Below the pieces are notes generated by a model that ran no database searches, had not been told where the DNA came from, and saw only the letters and a list, made by a program, of their open reading frames with translations. Position numbers and translations under genes: made by a program. Below are positions 60,644-64,000 of a DNA stretch of 64,000 nucleotides, one piece after another. Numbering within the stretch: the stretch's first letter is position 1; every line of letters starts with the position of its first letter. This stretch comes from Sumerlaeia bacterium (GTDB taxonomy: Bacteria > Sumerlaeota > Sumerlaeia > SLMS01 > JAHLLQ01): positions 64,001 to 128,000 of the forward strand of contig JAVJSW010000037.1 in the NCBI GenBank assembly GCA_040219255.1, read 5' to 3'.

Positions 60644-60720
60644 TGGTGGCGAGGGGGAGACTCGAACTCCCGACCTACGGGTTATGAGTCCGTCGCTCTA
60701 ACCACCTGAGCTACCTCGCC
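60644..60720 (-). tRNA. tRNA-Met (CAT), probably elongator
   Basis: GGCGAGGTAGCTCAG...CTCATAA...GTTCGAGTC...CTCGCCACCA; paired 1-72, G2-C71/C3-G70. Confidence 0.93.
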
Positions 60721-60769
60721 ACACGGACGGATTGCGCCAGGGACGTGTGCCTGACGCAATCCTAAGTTT

Positions 60770-60845
<76 letters not shown>

Positions 60846-60900
60846 ACAAGGACCCGCGTTCAAAGGTCTGAAAACCCTGAATTTGAGCCCTGAATATGTT

Positions 60901-60976
<76 letters not shown>

Positions 60977-61015
60977 ACACGCGCCGCCGCAACCCTTTGT
61001 CGCGAGCGGACAAGG

Positions 61016-61044
61016 AGTGTGCTTAAAGCCACGCCCCCTGTCAA
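61016..61044 (-). promoter_or_regulatory. Sigma70-type promoter of the tRNA cluster
   Basis: TTGACA - 17 nt - CACACT, 40 nt upstream of the first tRNA. Confidence 0.55.
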
Positions 61045-61124
61045 GCCCCCTTCCACGTTTTTTTTCCTTCCCGCCGAGACCCCCTTTCCTCTTCCATAAC
61101 CCCACTCCCCGGGAAAGGCCGACC

Positions 61125-62261
61125 ATGACCGCCGAAAAACCGCTTCGCATCTTTCACATCAACATGCACCACAAGTGGGGCGGCCAGCCGAACCGCATCC
61201 TGACCACCGCCTTGGGCCTGCGAGCGCGCGGCCACCACGTCTGCGTGTCCGGCCCGAAGGGCGCCATGCTGGTCGAGCGCGCCGGCGCACAGGGACTTGC
61301 CGCCTTCGACGATCTGGAGCTTCACCGTGGATTCCGCCCCGCCAGCATGTGGCGCGACATCAAGGCTCTGGAAGCGCACTTTCGCGCCGAGAAGTACGAT
61401 GTGATCGACACCCACGGCAGCCAGGACACTTGGGCCAGCGCGTTCGCACTGCGGCGCCTCGCGGCGGGCGAACGGCCCGCCTTCGTCCGCACCCGGCACA
61501 ACATCTTCCCCGTGGCGAAGCATCCGCTCAATCGCTGGCTCTACCGTCAGATCGACCACGTCGTGACGATCAGCCCCCAGGTCATCCCGCTGATGGAAGG
61601 CCTGCTCCCGGCCGAGGCCTTCACCGCCATCTACAGCGCCCCGGACCCGAAGCGCTTCGACGTGGGCGATTGCCGCGCGGCGGTGCGGGAGGAATTGGAC
61701 GTCGCCGCGGACGCGGAAATCGTGGGGGTTGTGGCTCGCCTGGCGCCGGAGAAAGGCCACCGGGTGCTGCTGGACGCGGCGCCGGCGATCTTGGAGGCGC
61801 GGCCTCAGGTGCGCTTCATTTTCGTTGGCACGGGCCGCAGCCGCCCCGCCATCGAGGAGCAGGCCGCCGCCCTGGGCATCGCGGACCGGGTGATTCTGAC
61901 GGGCTTTCGCGAGGACGTGCCTCGGCTCCTCCAGGCCTTCGATCTATTCGTCCTGCCGCCGATCAGCGGCGAGTCGCTGGGCACGTCGATTCTGGAGGCG
62001 TTCCTGATGGAGCGGCCGGTCGTCGCGACGGATGTGGGCGGCGTGCGCGAATCGGTGCGCGACGGCGAGACGGGGCGGCTCGTCCCGGCGGAGAACCCGG
62101 CGGCGCTGGCGGAGGCGATCCTGGACCAGCTCTCGCACCCCAATCGCGCCAAGGACTGGGCGCGGGCGGGAAAGGCCCTGGTGGAAGCGGAGTTCACCCC
62201 GGAAATGATCGGCCGCAAGACCGAGGACGTGTACCGCCGGGTTCTGGCGGCGCGGAGGTGA
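61125..62261 (+). CDS. Glycosyltransferase family 4
   Basis: WGGQ, VARLAPEKGH, GFREDV, ESLGTSILEA, ATDVGG. Confidence 0.92.
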   Translation: MTAEKPLRIFHINMHHKWGGQPNRILTTALGLRARGHHVCVSGPKGAMLVERAGAQGLAAFDDLELHRGFRPASMWRDIKALEAHFRAEKYDVIDTHGSQDTWASAFALRRLAAGERPAFVRTRHNIFPVAKHPLNRWLYRQIDHVVTISPQVIPLMEGLLPAEAFTAIYSAPDPKRFDVGDCRAAVREELDVAADAEIVGVVARLAPEKGHRVLLDAAPAILEARPQVRFIFVGTGRSRPAIEEQAAALGIADRVILTGFREDVPRLLQAFDLFVLPPISGESLGTSILEAFLMERPVVATDVGGVRESVRDGETGRLVPAENPAALAEAILDQLSHPNRAKDWARAGKALVEAEFTPEMIGRKTEDVYRRVLAARR

Positions 62262-62383
62262 GGGGGAGAAGAGGAATTCGAAACCGCGAGATGGACGCTG
62301 AGGGACGCGGAAGCGTTCGTAGTCGCGCCTTCAGGCGGAAAAGGTCCGAAGATAGAGAGCTTGATCCGCGGGACGAATGCGCT

Positions 62384-63511
62384 TCACGGCGTCATCTCCG
62401 CCGCGATCTTATCCCACGCTTCGCCGTTCAACTCCTCGCTTGTGCCCCAGACCAGGGTGCCGTCGGGGGCGTACCGCATTTGGGCGCCGAGCGTGGCGGC
62501 GATGGTTTCCACCACTTGCGAGCCTTTGCTGCCCGGCTTGAAGATCGAGAGGCGCTGGCCCGCGATTCCCGGCAGGACGCGCACGGGGAGGCCGAGTTGC
62601 TTGAATGTGACTTTCAGAACCTGCTCGGCCGGTGCGTGATTGAAGACGAGCTTGACCTCGCGGTCTTGCGCATCCCGGGGCATTCCGGCAATCCAGAAAT
62701 CGCTGTCGCCGATGGCCACCCGGGCGTCGGGGTGCTCGGTGCCGACGGATAAAACCCGGACTTCGATCCCCTCCGTCCCTGGCAGTTCGAGAGAGACGCT
62801 CTCTCCCTCGCGGAGCACGCGGTTGTCGTTTTCGCCCACTTGAACGGCCACGGCCTCTTGATCCGCGAGGCGCTGGAAAGCGCCGGCTCCGAGCAGGAAG
62901 CGGAAGGCGTCTTCGCCCGAACCCGTCTCGATCTTGTCCGGGGGATACAGGAAGTAGGCGCCATCGGGGCGGCGGGCGACTTCGACGCGGGTTTGCTCGC
63001 TTTCCTCGATGCTGCGCCGGATCGCATCGAGCGCCTTGGTGAGGGGGCTGTCGGGTTCGTAAACAGAAACCCTCGCATCCGCGAGCGAAGGATGAAGTTC
63101 GATCGGCGTTTCCGCCTGATTCTTCATGACTTGCAGAACGATGGGCACGCGAGCGTCGCTGAAGATCGCTTTGACGCGGGGTTCTTCGCCAGGGCCTGGC
63201 CAAGGCGGAATCGGGCCGTGGTCGAAGCTGCGGAAGCTGGCATCGGGAATGTCCGGCGTCGGCTCCTGCCGTTGCTCCGTGTCCGCCGAGTGGCCGTCAA
63301 GTTCCCGTTCCGCTTTGCGGCGCTCGATTTCAGCGCGTACTCGCTCCCGGTGCTTACCGATCCTTTCCTCCCGAACTACGTTGGTCTCTTGCGGGTCAAC
63401 TTGGGGAGCAGATGATTCGGTGGCCGGGGCTTCGGAGGCCATGCCCTCACTCGCCAAAACAGTCACAGCAAGCACCCCCATCAGCAGGGTGGCACGAAGA
63501 AAGAAACGCAT
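62384..63511 (-). CDS. Secreted protein with two STN (secretin/TonB N-terminal)-like domains
   Basis: Signal peptide from ATG 63511; two repeats VKAIFSDARV..VL...RVSV and VKLVFNHAPA..VL...RLSI. Confidence 0.6.
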   Translation of the reverse strand: MRFFLRATLLMGVLAVTVLASEGMASEAPATESSAPQVDPQETNVVREERIGKHRERVRAEIERRKAERELDGHSADTEQRQEPTPDIPDASFRSFDHGPIPPWPGPGEEPRVKAIFSDARVPIVLQVMKNQAETPIELHPSLADARVSVYEPDSPLTKALDAIRRSIEESEQTRVEVARRPDGAYFLYPPDKIETGSGEDAFRFLLGAGAFQRLADQEAVAVQVGENDNRVLREGESVSLELPGTEGIEVRVLSVGTEHPDARVAIGDSDFWIAGMPRDAQDREVKLVFNHAPAEQVLKVTFKQLGLPVRVLPGIAGQRLSIFKPGSKGSQVVETIAATLGAQMRYAPDGTLVWGTSEELNGEAWDKIAAEMTP

Positions 63512-63596
63512 GGCTTGCACCTTTGGTCTGTTGAGTTGCAGATGCTGCTGAGCACAATACCGGCCGCCGCTTTGCCGCAACCTGGAATCGCTCCAA

Positions 63597-64000
63597 ATGC
63601 TTGATCGCCTCCATTCCATCGCCATCACGAATCGCCACCTCTGTGGCGGGATGGAGCCGATGCTGGTCCGCGCGGAAGCCATCGCAGGGGCAGGCGTGGG
63701 GGCGATCATGCTGCGCGAGAAGGACCTGACGCCGCGCGAGTTGTTCGCGGTTGCGCGGTCCCTGGCCGTGATTTGCCAAAAAGGGGGGACGATGCTGATC
63801 GTCAACGGGTCGGTGGAAGTCGCGCTCGCCGCCGGGGTCGAAGGGGTGCAATTGGGCTTTGACGCTTTGCCAGCGGACGCCGCGCGGCGCGTCGCGGGGG
63901 GCAGGCTCCTGATCGGCGTTTCGGCCCACAGCCTCGTGGACGTCCAGCAAGCCCACGCCGGCGGCGCCGATTACGCGACGATTTCGCCGGTCTTTCCGCC
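63597..64000 (+). CDS. Thiamine-phosphate synthase family (ThiE/TenI), runs off the window
   Basis: Hand translation: MLDRLHSIAITNR...MLREKDL...LIVNGSVEVA...GVQLG...IGVSAHS...GADYATISPVF; absent from the supplied ORF track. Confidence 0.85.
   Translation, partial: MLDRLHSIAITNRHLCGGMEPMLVRAEAIAGAGVGAIMLREKDLTPRELFAVARSLAVICQKGGTMLIVNGSVEVALAAGVEGVQLGFDALPADAARRVAGGRLLIGVSAHSLVDVQQAHAGGADYATISPVFP

Noticed and set aside
59521-60720. Integrated element or prophage at the tRNA-Met 3' end
   Set aside because: No integrase and no duplicated tRNA 3' end (att site) seen; only the TA-like pair is present.

Overview
GC-rich bacterial chromosomal window from a diderm organism (lpxA present). The type IV prepilin style and W-x-x-Y-ending secreted proteins suggest Candidatus Sumerlaeota (BRC1) or a relative; this is inference only. 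Contents in order: (1) a minus-strand cluster of C25 (gingipain/PorU-family) cysteine peptidase, stand-alone PqqD/RRE, 65-aa precursor peptide with a YxxPxI leader, HPr-kinase-like P-loop protein, nucleotidyltransferase and RRE-radical SAM/SPASM enzyme, i.e. a RiPP-like system with no lasso cyclase and no transporter; (2) leuA under a canonical Leu T-box riboswitch plus a Leu-rich uORF; (3) starch utilisation genes (giant GH13 amylase, type I pullulanase, Ser/Thr kinase-WD40 protein with two CBM20-like domains); (4) PFOR followed by a methylmalonyl-CoA mutase/epimerase/Na+-pumping decarboxylase operon; (5) housekeeping genes (dxs, xseB, lpxA, era, glycosyltransferases, three CAU tRNAs); (6) a Panacea antitoxin with a PemK-like partner interrupted by an in-frame TAG. 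The best candidate for a novel system is a C25-peptidase-linked C-terminal protein-sorting pathway (short terminal W-x-x-(x)-Y/E tag on three secreted proteins) that is genetically coupled to the RiPP cassette. All calls come from motif reading by eye; no database searches were run.
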